From Paragordius varius (taxonomy: Eukaryota > Animalia > Nematomorpha), in assembly GCA_964247055.1 (NCBI GenBank), contig OZ176055.1, forward strand, positions 7,068,001 to 7,132,000: DNA of 64,000 bases, given 5' to 3'. Below are positions 28,508 to 40,018 of the stretch, piece by piece; position 1 is the first letter of the stretch; the number at the start of each line of letters is the position of its first letter. The notes beneath the pieces are model-generated. The model worked only from the letters and a program-made list of their open reading frames with translations, was not told the DNA's origin and ran no database searches. A program made the translations under genes and the position numbers.

Positions 28508-29240
28508 AAGAGAACCGGACCGGCGGTCGCCGAATTCTCTCGGGGTAACGTCGCTCGTGCGGATTTGCATTGATATTGTCATTATTATTATTAATGTTAT
28601 CATTGCTACTATCATTATTATTATCATTTATTTTATCATTATTATTGTTATTACTATTGTTATTATTATCAATACTACTATCATTATTATTATTGTTATT
28701 GTCTATATTACTATCATTACTATTGTTTGGTGCGGTTGAGTTGGCCGGTAGGTCTACGTGTTTCAACTGATCTGCATGCTTTCTGACAATCTTCTGGTTT
28801 ACCTGATCCCACACACTGTACGAAAGAAGGCCCGTTCTATCAACAACATCGCCGGCTCGCCATCCAACATTTTGTTCGTTTCTCATCATTACGGGTTGGT
28901 TTATTGAGAATTCACGGCGTGGACGGGGTGCGTCTAAGATTGTTGCTTTTGTGTTGATCCAGGTGAGGGGTGTTTGAGATACTCGTTTGAAGAGTAGTTG
29001 AAACGGGGTTTCTTTTGTAGTCGCATGTATTGAATTACGATATGACCATAGAGTGGTATTGAAGGCTTCTTGTGGTGAAATATTATCATTTTTGATTTTT
29101 CTATACTTGCCCTTGAGGGTCCCCACTAACCTTTCTACCATCCCATTACTTTTAGGATGATAGGGGGTTACCCTCACGTGTTTAATACCCAAGTTTGTTA
29201 GAGTGGATGTGAAGTACGAATTACTAAAATAAGAAGCATT
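28506..29240 (-). pseudogene. Out-of-frame C-terminal half of integrase
   Basis: Reads NASYFSNSYFTSTLTNLGIKHVRVTPYHPKSNGMVERLVGT...RRYPERIRRPPVRFS in a different frame from gag-pol, so it is separated by a frameshifting deletion at ~29240. Confidence 0.9.
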
Positions 29241-32200
29241 TTATGCAATATGTTTACCGAATTAACCTTTTTTAACATGAACCCTTCCGCCCATTTGGAT
29301 GAGCTATCAATCAGTAACAACCAATAATACCCGTCAACTGGTCCCGCTATATCGATGTGTAACCGTTCCCATATCGCAGCATTTGGATCCCAATGATAAG
29401 TCGGATTTTCAACTAGGCTTGGCTTGTTTATCTGACATGCACTACACTCACTGTATCTTCTTACCAAATCGTTCTCTAATTTCGGCCAAAAACAAGTAAA
29501 CCTTGCCATTGCTTTCATTGTTTCTACGTTATTGTGCCCGCTGTGTAAGTAGTTGACCACGTTTGACTGTAAGCTTTCTGGAATGATAATTCGATCGTTT
29601 AAACTGACCAATCCGTATTGGTACGAAATCTCTCCCTTCCGATTCGTAAACCCAGCCAACTCAACATCACTCCAATCTTGGTTATGAATCGCCTTAATTA
29701 CTTTCTGCAAAATTTTATCTTTAACCGTTTCTCTCCGAATTTCATCGCGACTTAACTGAACATTATGACAATTAAGAAACCTAAGATATCTAGTTACCAT
29801 GTAATCTCTATCGATTGTGTCGACATTATCATCACTGGGACATCTTGATAGGTAATCAGCTCTATTCTTGGGACCCGCCTGATAACTAAGTTCAAAGTCA
29901 TAATCATTCAAACGGTTCACCCATCTTAAAATTTTCGCATTTTGTATTTCTTTCAAATTTCTATCCCTATTTATTAACCTAACAAGTGGTAAGTGGTCTG
30001 TCAAAATTTCAAACTTTCTACCATAAATGAAGTTGTGGAACTTTTCTAATGCAAAAACAATAGCCTTTAATTCCTTTTCTATCGTGGAGTAGTTTGATTC
30101 TGCGGTACTACATTTTCTTGAACCATAGGCAATGGGTTTCCTTTCACCATTTACAACATGACTTAAAATACATCCAAACCCTATATCTGAGGCATCGGTT
30201 TCAATTACTAACTTTCTATCCGGATTGTATGGTGTTAAAAATACTTGTTCACTTAATAATTCCTTAGCGGCTTTCCAACAATTCTCATGTTTTTCCGACC
30301 AGTTCCATCTAACGTTCTTACTTGTTAAACTATGTAAGTCACTTACAATCAATTGAAGCTTGGGTATAAATCTTTCATGAAACGTCAAAAATCCTAGAAA
30401 ACTTCTTAAAGATTTTTTATCCACAGGTTTTTTAAAATCATTGATTGCTTTTACTTTATTCTTGCAAGGACTTATACCTTTATTACTTATTTCAAATCCC
30501 AGATAACTTACTGAAGGTTCACCAATTTTTATTTTATCTTTTCTTAATCTAAAACCTGCTAATTCTAACCGATTTAAAACATTATTAAGATTTATTAAAT
30601 GTTCCTGTTCAGATTTGCCAGTTACTAAAACATCATCTAAATATGCACAAGTGCCGGGACAATCTTTTATAACCTGGTCCATGACTCGTTGGAAAATTAT
30701 TGGTGCTGTTGACAGTCCGAAAGGCATCCTTTTGTAGCGAAAAAATCCTTTGTGAGTCGCAATTGTCAAGAGATCTTGTGATTCTTTGGTTACGGGCATT
30801 TGTAGGTAGGCATCTTTCAAGTCAATCTTAGTGAAAACTTGGCCTTCGCCAATCTTACTCACTAAATCATCAAACGTTGGAATGATATGAGAGTCCTCAG
30901 TGAGCCACTTGTTGATGGTAACTCTAAAATCGCTGCAAATTCTTACCTCTCCATTCGCTTTGAGCACATTAACGGTGGGCGTGGCCCATGTCAGAGGTGT
31001 AAGGTTGGGATCTATCGGCTCCAAAATGTCTAACTTTTGTAATCTTAGTAATTCATTTTCAACTTTTGCTCTTAGGGGAAACGGTACTCGGCGGCAAGGC
31101 CAAACTTTGGGGGAGGCATTGGGTGCTATATGAATTGTAACTGGCTCAATGTAACAACCTAATTCCTCTTTAAATAGATTAGGGAAATTTTCAATAATTT
31201 TATCAAGTTTAAGAAAGTTAATTCGTACTTTAGGAATGTCGATGTTAAATCTCGTGATCCAATCCAAGCCACAAATGAGCGGTGCCTTTGACATTTTTTC
31301 TTTCAATACACAACATTCTGCGTTCCCCAAGTTTTGCCCATTGATTTGCACTGTGACTGTTGTTACGCCCAGTAGAGGTACTATGCTATTATTGTAGGCT
31401 TTTACTGGCGGTATGGGTCTAATATTTGGCTTGCCAACTTGTTTCCAGGTGTCAAAGCTGATAACACTGATGTCAGCTCCAGTATCATAGATAAACGTTT
31501 GTTCTGTGTTGTTTATCATTATTTTTACGGTCCATGGTGAGGTTGGCATTGCTTTTCTATGGATCTGGCGGTTGAACAAATTTTTGGCAGTGTTTTTTGA
31601 TCTACACATTTTTGCGAAGTGATGAGGTTTTCCGCATTTATTGCAATTGCGGTTCCAGGCAGGACATTTGTTTGGTCCATGGCTATTACCACAACGATTG
31701 CACGAATGTGTTAGGGGTTTTGCTGTTGGCTGTCGTGAACGCATGGCCTTGTTATTATTATTGGTGTGTTGTAATCGATTTAAATTACTACCATTATTAT
31801 AATTGGTATTATCATTATTGTTATGAAGGCCAGCCCTGGCAGCCTCGTGTGCTAGTGCGAGATCCACTATCGTTTCTAGAGGCACGGGTTGTCCGTTGAT
31901 CTCGGCATCGGGATACCTTGAATGTATGTCAATTTCCAATTGTGGTTGCCGTAACCCAATGACGAAGGCATCTCGAATCCGTTCCTCTATTGAATCCTTA
32001 AATTTTGCCTCTTCGGCTGCGATTTTTACCCGTTCTAGAAATTGGGTAAACGATTCGGTGTTGTTCCGCACAAGTCGGAAAAACTCAAATCTGCTTTGGA
32101 ATTTCGACTTTGTGGGATTGAATACCTTTAAACCCGTTGCCATTATCTCGGTCCATTCTGCATCTTTTATCTTTTTCGGATAGAGTCGTTGGTTGATTTT

Positions 32201-32374
32201 GCGTACCACCATTAGACCTCCATACGCAAGCAAGGTTGTTTTGAGGGCTTGTTCTGTTACAGGGATATCTTTTGCCTCCATAACATTTGTCATATACTCA
32301 ACGTATTCCTCAAACTTAATATTATCATTATATTTTTCGATGCATAGGTTAGCGAGATTGATTGGCGTTGTCAT
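29198..32374 (-). CDS. Gag-pol polyprotein (truncated within integrase)
   Basis: 1058 aa containing two CCHC knuckles (CNRCGNSHGPNKC, CNKCGKPHHFAKMC), protease DTGA, RT YLDD, RNase H IETDASD, and the integrase HHCC zinc motif with HIDIAG. Confidence 0.95.
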   Translation of the reverse strand: MTTPINLANLCIEKYNDNIKFEEYVEYMTNVMEAKDIPVTEQALKTTLLAYGGLMVVRKINQRLYPKKIKDAEWTEIMATGLKVFNPTKSKFQSRFEFFRLVRNNTESFTQFLERVKIAAEEAKFKDSIEERIRDAFVIGLRQPQLEIDIHSRYPDAEINGQPVPLETIVDLALAHEAARAGLHNNNDNTNYNNGSNLNRLQHTNNNNKAMRSRQPTAKPLTHSCNRCGNSHGPNKCPAWNRNCNKCGKPHHFAKMCRSKNTAKNLFNRQIHRKAMPTSPWTVKIMINNTEQTFIYDTGADISVISFDTWKQVGKPNIRPIPPVKAYNNSIVPLLGVTTVTVQINGQNLGNAECCVLKEKMSKAPLICGLDWITRFNIDIPKVRINFLKLDKIIENFPNLFKEELGCYIEPVTIHIAPNASPKVWPCRRVPFPLRAKVENELLRLQKLDILEPIDPNLTPLTWATPTVNVLKANGEVRICSDFRVTINKWLTEDSHIIPTFDDLVSKIGEGQVFTKIDLKDAYLQMPVTKESQDLLTIATHKGFFRYKRMPFGLSTAPIIFQRVMDQVIKDCPGTCAYLDDVLVTGKSEQEHLINLNNVLNRLELAGFRLRKDKIKIGEPSVSYLGFEISNKGISPCKNKVKAINDFKKPVDKKSLRSFLGFLTFHERFIPKLQLIVSDLHSLTSKNVRWNWSEKHENCWKAAKELLSEQVFLTPYNPDRKLVIETDASDIGFGCILSHVVNGERKPIAYGSRKCSTAESNYSTIEKELKAIVFALEKFHNFIYGRKFEILTDHLPLVRLINRDRNLKEIQNAKILRWVNRLNDYDFELSYQAGPKNRADYLSRCPSDDNVDTIDRDYMVTRYLRFLNCHNVQLSRDEIRRETVKDKILQKVIKAIHNQDWSDVELAGFTNRKGEISYQYGLVSLNDRIIIPESLQSNVVNYLHSGHNNVETMKAMARFTCFWPKLENDLVRRYSECSACQINKPSLVENPTYHWDPNAAIWERLHIDIAGPVDGYYWLLLIDSSSKWAEGFMLKKVNSVNILHKMLLILVIRTSHPL

Positions 32375-32422
32375 GTTCGATTGGGTATCAGTAAGACCTC
32401 CACTAGCACTAGCTTAGTTCGG

Positions 32423-32440
32423 TACTCGTCTTGGCCACCA
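32423..32440 (-). other. Primer-binding site, probably tRNA-Ile
   Basis: TGGTGGCCAAGACGAGTA, 1 nt inside the 5' LTR. A 3' end of ...GGCCACCA is typical of eukaryotic tRNA-Ile(AAU); the assignment is an inference. Confidence 0.7.
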
Positions 32441-32441
32441 A

Positions 32442-32738
32442 TTTTATTTGTAAAAGATGAGGAGATAATAAAAGAAATGTGAAATGAACTGAATTATTTA
32501 TTTTGTTTTTTTAAGGTGTATATATAGCAATTTTAACTGTCCATGATTTGCATTATATCAATAAAATTCCAAGTAACAAAGGTTGTATATTTACATATAA
32601 CACAAAAAATATCAAAAATAATACAATTCAAATAAGGGGTTAAAGTTATAATATATAACCAAAGTATGTATATCACATTTGCATATAACACAGAAAAATA
32701 TTATAAAAATAAAGTATATCTTTCAAATTTGCCTAACA
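32442..32738 (-). repeat. 5' LTR (297 bp)
   Basis: Direct repeat of 28198-28494. Confidence 0.95.
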
Positions 32739-32743
32739 CAAAC

Positions 32744-33061
32744 GTAGCTAGAAACAAACAACCATAGCGGGCCGCATTTTTGACCTAAAAAACCCAGCCG
32801 GTCGCATTAAAAGTTTGAACATTAATTAATAATTAAATTTCCTACAAAAGATTGTAAAAAAAATAATAGACAACATAACCAAATTTAAGCTAGTCGCTGT
32901 CGAAATTTGGAATGACCTATTCGGAAAATTTGCACAAGATATATCAATTTTACCAACGTATTGTACATATTTTTTTAATTATGGAATTTTATACTTGTTT
33001 CGTAACCAATTTTTTAGCGGGCTGAACACAATATCTCGGAGGGCCGCATTTGACACCCCTG
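32744..33061. mobile_element. hAT (Buster-type) MITE remnant, left end missing
   Basis: Right TIR TTTGACACCCCTG ends at 33061, with GCGGGCCGC subterminal motifs as in the 11216 copy. Confidence 0.65.
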
Positions 33062-34213
33062 ACTTAGATCATAAAAATTAATAAGATAATCTCTGTAGTA
33101 AAAAAATTGTGGTTAAAATTGTATAGATTAGCTTATGACTAGGGTCTTACCCTATGTTCCCTAAAAGAAGTTGGCTTGTTAACAAATTTTCGGAAAATTT
33201 ATGAGCCAACATTAATTTAACGATCCGTGTGAAGACTTGATTATACTCGAGCTATTAAATAGCCTTTGGGCAGTTGACTCTATGCAAAATATGACTCAAA
33301 ACAAAAAATCGTGTCTAAAGACTTTGAATCGTATTTATGACAAAATATATAATCAATTGAGTAATAATCGTGTCACATAGCGATGCGTGATATGGCACAA
33401 CTTAGGAATCAATAAATTTTATATTATCTCACAACTATTTTCTCTAGAAGGTTCATAAAAGTGGCTCGATCAAGCTCGACGCATTCATGACTGATAAAAA
33501 AATATACTTAATAGAATTTGTATGGTCCCAACACGTTTTCTCAAAAATCGCTTCAAAGCCAACGTTCTATATTTTATAAATATAGAGATAGATCTTTGTA
33601 GTGACGAAATAAGCAGTATCGCTAAGTTTGTGGTAAATAATTGACTATTTTGTTAAAACCCACGTGATGTGGTTAATAGATGCAAATTCAAACAAGTGCT
33701 TTCATGATCGGCGAATTAATAATGTAAAACACCATTATTTAATGGAAATAGGAACATAGTTTATGGGAGACTCAATTACAACAATTTTTCGTTTGGATGC
33801 GTTATGTGTTGGGTGAGGCCCTACTGTAAGGGCTCAACTATGATATTTGCCTTCATAAGACCATTAAAAAAATTATTTAAAAAATTATTTTTAAGGGCTT
33901 AGTGTTTTTAGCAAAAACGTTTTTACCGCTGCCAAATACCGAGGTTCTTCTGCGGATTGTTCGGGGCGATAAAAAATAAAAAAAATTTTTCCCGGATATC
34001 CGGGTTTGCTTTAAGTTTTCATGTAAACTTGTTTTTATTTCACAAAAAGCCTGAATCAAACTAATCCATCTGGTTAATATCTTATTTATACCGTTACGGG
34101 GATAAAAAAGTGTTAATTAGTAAATTAGTTTGTGGTTTAAAAGATTATTGATATCTGTTCAAATTGTACAAAAATTGGCCCAAAATGATTTATTTGCTAT
34201 TTTATTTTTAATA

Positions 34214-34442
34214 ACACCTCAATTTACCCTTAAATAATTTAAATACAACCCAAAAATAATTATGTTTTTGAATATTAAAAATTGTCTGTATCTTTTTATA
34301 TTAAGAAGCAAGAAATTTCGTTTAAATTAACATAATACTGAAAACATAATAAACTATGCTATAAGATTATATTTCACATTAATGATAAGTTTATATTTAT
34401 TTTTAGGGTGAATTTAAATTTTTCAAGGGTCAGTTTGAGTTG
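34214..34442. mobile_element. Tc1/mariner-type MITE (family of 4971-5213)
   Basis: Shares internal ATAATACTGAAAA..CTATGC..TAAGAT and the right TIR TTTTAGGGTGAATTT..TTCAAGGGT..TTG|TA. Confidence 0.65.
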
Positions 34443-36051
34443 TAAATAATATATTATATTTGCTAAAACGAGTCACTCAAAATGGTAGAGAAAAACTGTA
34501 AAAACAAATCTATATAAACTCTTGATCATGGGCTATATTGAATTAAGCTTTAGACAATTAATAATAAAACAATAATTTTATCCAATGTGTAAATATAAGA
34601 AGCATTTTTTATGTCAACCATGTTATAACATGGTTTCTAGTGTTATACGTTATCGCATAAAGTTCCGACAATGTCGAAATCAGATTTAAATTAATAATTA
34701 TGTTACAAAGGGGTCAAATTTTTTATGGTGAAATTTTAAATTATCTTGACAACAAAAAGATATTGTATAGCTGTTGACAGAAACGTTACCCCCCATTTTT
34801 ATAAATTTTAAACATTATTTTATAAATATTTTTTGCTAGCACAACCATACGGACAATAAATTTACGATTATAGAATTACTAAAACTCTATATTTTTCATA
34901 TTTTGTTTATAAAATTTTTGGTTGAATGATTTTTTCCATTTAATTTTTTTCATAATTTTGATTAAATAAAAAAATATTGAAAATTCCTAAAAATGTTCAG
35001 GGGTAATATAATAATAGTTGTAACAATTTATAATGACATAATATACCTACACACCTTTTCTGATATCATTCTTTGGTAATTTTTAGTTTACAAAAAATTA
35101 TTAAAAGTGAATTTGTTTTCGAACCATTGACCCCCGTAGATATGAGACTCTATTTTCAAAAACAGTAATTGTTTTTTATTAAACTAAGTGTTGTTGTAAA
35201 TTTTAAATCAAAATATTTTGCTAGTTAATTTTACCATTTTTAACTCGCCTTAAAGTAAAATTAGTATGTTTATCTAATTATATTATAAGAAATAATTTAA
35301 CATAAAATATCTGAAATTTTTTACTGACTCAGTGTTCATTGACACTTTTTTTAATTAGACGACACTTAAATTTTTGTGTCAACTAAAATTTTCATCATTT
35401 ATCCGTAGTTTAATATAATTTGGTCATTACACCTTCTGACATGTGAATAAATTAAAAAATTAAATTTAATTTTAAAATTTGGTGGCTGTATTGTTTTGGT
35501 TTTTAACGTTTTTGCTGCACTTCAAAAATGGTTTGTATTAGAAAAAAGGACAAAAGCCTCTTCTAATCTCAACAGAGAGTATTTTTTTAATTATGACAAT
35601 AACAGTAATAATATAAAGCAATTTTAAAAGCAAACAACTAAGTATTCTTGGGACAGGAGACTTTGTGTGTTGATAAAAAAATCCGCAATTAAAGTCCTGA
35701 GGCAAGTTCAATACCACTTTAATAAATGAAATTATTATATTCAAGTTTTTGTTTGTTGTATAGGTTCTAATAGAGGAAAAATTTTAACCATTTTTAAAAT
35801 TTAGCGATGGGTCTGTAAAAATAAATTTTTTCAAACAATCATCTCAAAAATGTATTTGAGAGTTCTAATAGATAACCATATAGAATAAAATTTTTTAAAT
35901 ACTATTAAAGTCAAAATTATTATTTACAAAAAAAATTTAAATTAATGTATTTATATTACTAGGTAACTTCCAATTATTTAATTCATAATGTTAATGAATG
36001 ACAAATTAATATTAAAGTATTTAATAAAACTATAAAGATAAAAATATTAAA

Positions 36052-36476
36052 CACTTCATATATTTTCATTTTTTGTGCGCGATGACATTTTGAGGTATTT
36101 TTTGTACCCCAGAGCTGAAAGTAGTAAACAAAATTTGTGGTGAAAATTTAATTATCAAACCCTCTTTTCCTGCATTAGATAAGAAAATTTAAAACTACAA
36201 TTTTTTTAACTTCTAAAGTCCCAAATGATACCTCCAAAATACGATTGAAATGAACAGCTGATATTAAATTTAAAAATACAACAATTCGCTAATAAATTGT
36301 AATTATAAACCTTACCAAAATTAAATTATATTTTAACCATGATATACAATTATTTGCCTGTTGTATACTCGATTAAAAAATATAAGAAATAAAATGGCGG
36401 TGAAAAGGTTTGAGATAAAGATTTTTTTTACAATTTATTCCTCAAAAAAATCTTCGGGCCTAAAAGGCCAAGGAAG
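36052..36476. mobile_element. Degenerate copy related to the piggyBac-like MITE at 8400
   Basis: Shares GAACAGC.GATATTAAA, TTTGCCTGTTGTAT and AAAATGGCGG with 8570-8705; the ends are poorly defined. Confidence 0.4.
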
Positions 36477-38104
36477 TTAAGATTTAAATTTGGCCTAATG
36501 GTAAATATATTAAAAGGTCATGATATGAATGAAAATGGAATTATTAACTCAGAAAATAATTACGCGTTTAAACTTTATTAATATTAAGATATTCCTTATA
36601 AATTAAATAAAAAAGTACTCTTCATGAATGAATATAAGATAATATTGATCTAAAAGCTAAATAAATATATAAGGTTGAAAAATGATAGGATAGATGAATT
36701 GATAAAAATTAGGGGCAAAATACATGTTTAAGGACCAACTTGAGTTATAAGAGGAGACTCTTAAAGTGTAAGTGAATTATCATAAAATCTAAATTTCTAT
36801 AAAAATTGGGTACTTGGGAAATTTTTCTAAAATAAAAATCTCCATATCTCTGACTCTAAAATAAGTTTTTACGATCCAATAAATGTTCATAAGACACCCT
36901 TTTAGTAATTGATCATAGGGATATTTTTTGTAAACTATACAAATTTTTTATTATGGTTAAATTATGTGGAAAACTTGGCTTGTGCAATTATTGTTGCAAT
37001 CAAAGGGGGTTAGGTCAGTTCAGCAAAAAGGCAATACTAGTTTTTGTGGAAAAATAAATACCAATATCTGTAAAATCAGGTAGATCAGTGGTACTCAAAC
37101 CGCAGCTCACCGGCTGTACACGGTCCTTAAAGTGCTTTTATATGGCCCTGAATTATGTATTAAATTTTTTACACACTTATTTTGAATATAAATATCTGCG
37201 ATTGTGGTAAACAGTTATGAAATATTCATCCATCGGTATTATATGGTGCACGGCTCTTGAAATTTTTTTGGTGATTATCAGTGAGTTAGATACTTACCTA
37301 ATCACACGGATAGTTTATACATAGTATAATAATTAATATATTTTTTTATCTATATGTCACCTAAATAAAAATGATATTTTTTATAATAGGACACGTCTCT
37401 ATTTTATTCAAAGTTTAAACTGTTAAAAGTTTTCATAAAATGACCTAATAAAGATTGACCAAAACCTACTTCACATACAATAATGTTATGTTATGGAGGT
37501 CATTTATATAATATACATCTAAGGATTAATTTAATATATTTCGACGCTTTACTACCATTTTCAGGACAAACACTAAAATAGGAATAACTTAATTATTTTT
37601 TGAAAAATCCAAAACCTATAATAAAACTGAATATAAAATCACAATTCGGAAACCTAAATACAAAATGCAAAATTTTAAATATGTTTATAACAGTCATTCT
37701 CATTTATCAAATAGGTGCAATAATACCATGAATAAAAATTTTATACCAATAAAAATGGTCCATGTTAATAAAATTAAAATTAAAACCTTCCATAATATTT
37801 TTTACTTGTGGTTAAAGAAATAGTAAGATACGTAATTAAAAAAAATTTAAATTTATAATTTTTTTTATTTTTTTCAAATATATTAAATGCAAAAATAATA
37901 CTTTATAAATGTACCGCAAAAAACAAATTTTTTAAATTAAAAATATTTAACCTTTTATACAATGAAAACGACGCAATATTTGTCAACGAGAAAATAATTA
38001 CGATATTTTGGCCATAAAAGTTATATTTTATTTAAAAAGCATGAATTTATTTTATCCCTAAATTTAAAATTTTTGTAACTAAATTATCAATACATTTTTT
38101 TCTT

Positions 38105-40018
38105 ATGTCAAAAAATTATTGCGTACAAAATCGTGAAAAAATTGAACCGATTTCTTTACAGAATCTTTTACCATTGTTTGACAATTGTCCTTGCGCAAAA
38201 AAACCGAAAAAGGAAATAAACTATGACAATCATGTTCAGATTAACAATGATAAGAAAGATAATTCCGAAAAAATTGGTAAATTCATTAGTAAAAATTTGC
38301 AAAATTCTTCGATACAAGCACTAAATTCTAGTAAAGATGATTTTGTAAGTAACTCATCCACAGATACTTTGATAGAAAATGCGACAACAGGCGTGAACGA
38401 GAATTCACCTCTAACCAAAAGTTTAATAAAACTGAACAATAATTTCCTACCTCAAAATGATACAAATTTTACTATGAATAAAGAACCATTTAACGGAGAA
38501 TCGGTTAAAATCAATAATGATAGAACCTGTGACGATGTACAGAATCTTGATCAATTATTAAAATATTTATCGCTCGTTTTCTATAAATCTCTCAATGTTT
38601 CCCAATTTTTGACATCGTATGCCGTAAACGCCGTTCCCCTCCTATCATGTTTGGCTTATATGCCACAAATATTGAAGCAATGTTTGAAACAATCACAAAC
38701 TCCTGATGATAGTACAATGAAATTTGAGGACCCACATAATTCATTTTCCCCTAATACAGAGTATTGGAATGGCGAATTTAGTAAAATTTGGAACTTTCAT
38801 CACAAACTATGGCTTAATGTTTTAGAGTTACGGGACATGTTTGGTGACACTTTCCTTACAAGCATACAAAATCAAATTGAGGGTAAATTAAAAAATAATG
38901 ACAATAATAGTAGTCAAGACAGTCAAATTTCATCTCTAACCTTTAACTGTAGTGATACAAAGGATATCGAACCAAAAAAAACTGATAATTTATATTATTC
39001 AATCTATTCAAGTGCTGCTAATATACCTTCTAATTTAAGCACTATTGAAAGCAATATAGTTTCCACAAATGCCCGCATCAGTGAGTTGTTGAATCATAAT
39101 GTTTTATTGGGTAGCAAGACGGTAGACTACGTGAATCCATTTACAAATATTCCGACGCCCCCTAGTAAATTTGTTATTAATGCATTTAGAAAAAGATAAT
39201 CATTTATGTATCGATAGCCCTGACACAACTATCAATAAATGTATGATGTCCCAATCACAAATGTGTAATGAAGAGAAAACCAATTTTACTAAAAATGAGC
39301 TTGACACTCAAATTATATCCACTATTAAAAATGGAACTAAGAAAATGATATCAAGTAAGCAAAACATTATTCTTTTAAAATAATTATTCATGTATCTATT
39401 TACAGTATGTATAACAGTTCTAGTTTTATTCAGTATTGCCAGATGCACACACATTAAAGATAACTATCAACTTGGGGTTATTTTTTTCCTTTTTTGTATT
39501 ATCTAATATAAAGGTGCTTTGCTGTTCATGCTCTCTAACAAAATTTAATGAAATACTAAGAATATATAGTTATTCACAATATATTTGCGTTACCATTTTT
39601 CTATGTACACCCCTAGTTTCTCCTATTAATTTTTCCGGCCCCTTAAAAACAGATCTATGATTTTAATTTTAATACTTAAATGTGTGCTGCGGTGTTAGAA
39701 TGTTCCAACGGTTGTACATCAACCACTGCTGTCTCACCTTATAAACGGGAAAGATTTACATTTAAATCAACACACCTGGAAATTCTGGAGAGATACTTTA
39801 AGGAAGATCCATATCCAGATGCTAACAAACGCGATGTAATAGCACAGACATGCAACGAAATTGTTAGCCAACAGATTGGTCGTGAATTGGTACCTAAAGA
39901 AAAAGTTACGATACACGTGGTTGCCAATTGGTTTGCGAATCGTCGCAAAGAAAGTCGACGAAAAAAAGGTATTATTTCACAAAGATTTATATACAACTAA
40001 AACATTTTAGAAGAATAA
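38105..40018 (+). CDS. HMBOX1: HNF-class homeobox protein (Hmbox1/HNF1-like extended homeodomain)
   Basis: Homeodomain RERFTFKSTHLEILERYFKEDPYPDANKRDVIAQTCN-[insert]-KVTIHVVANWFANRRKE has A50 and a 16-aa insertion between helices 2 and 3. Phase-consistent model: exons 38105-39164, 39190-39354 and 39699-39968, then either read-through to the stop at 40000 or a 42-nt intron to a stop at 40018. Linkage of the upstream exons is inferred from splice phase. Confidence 0.75.

Larger units (their letters stand above)
28198..32738 (-). mobile_element. Young Ty3/Gypsy (Mag-like) LTR retrotransposon, 4541 bp, integrase-defective
   Basis: Two 297-bp LTRs, identical by eye. 5-bp TSD CAAAC at 28193-28197 and 32739-32743, plus a PBS, a PPT and a single gag-pol ORF in the order gag-PR-RT-RH-INT. 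Confidence 0.97.

Noticed and set aside
28422-28770. Poly-Ile and poly-Leu ORFs
   Set aside because: They are antisense readings of the Asn-rich integrase linker.
28140-32790. LTR element nested inside the left TIR of the hAT MITE (CAAAC as part of CAGGGGTGTCAAAC)
   Set aside because: The left flank of the LTR element shows neither CAGGGGTGT nor the expected ACTTAGAT TSD; the MITE is simply truncated.
34706-35136. Possible TA-flanked MITE (CAAAGGGGTCAA / TTGACCCCCG)
   Set aside because: The short imperfect TIR alone, with no second copy in the window, is too weak to call.
37086-37295. Possible hAT MITE starting CAGTGGTACTCAA
   Set aside because: No convincing right TIR or TSD was found.
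37288-37297. ATACTTACCT, the 5' end of U1 snRNA
   Set aside because: The match stops after 10 nt, with no U1 stem-loops or Sm site following.
13419-40018. Gbx and Hmbox as a remnant homeobox cluster
   Set aside because: They belong to different homeobox classes, lie 23 kb apart with an unrelated gene between them, and I know of no ancestral linkage.
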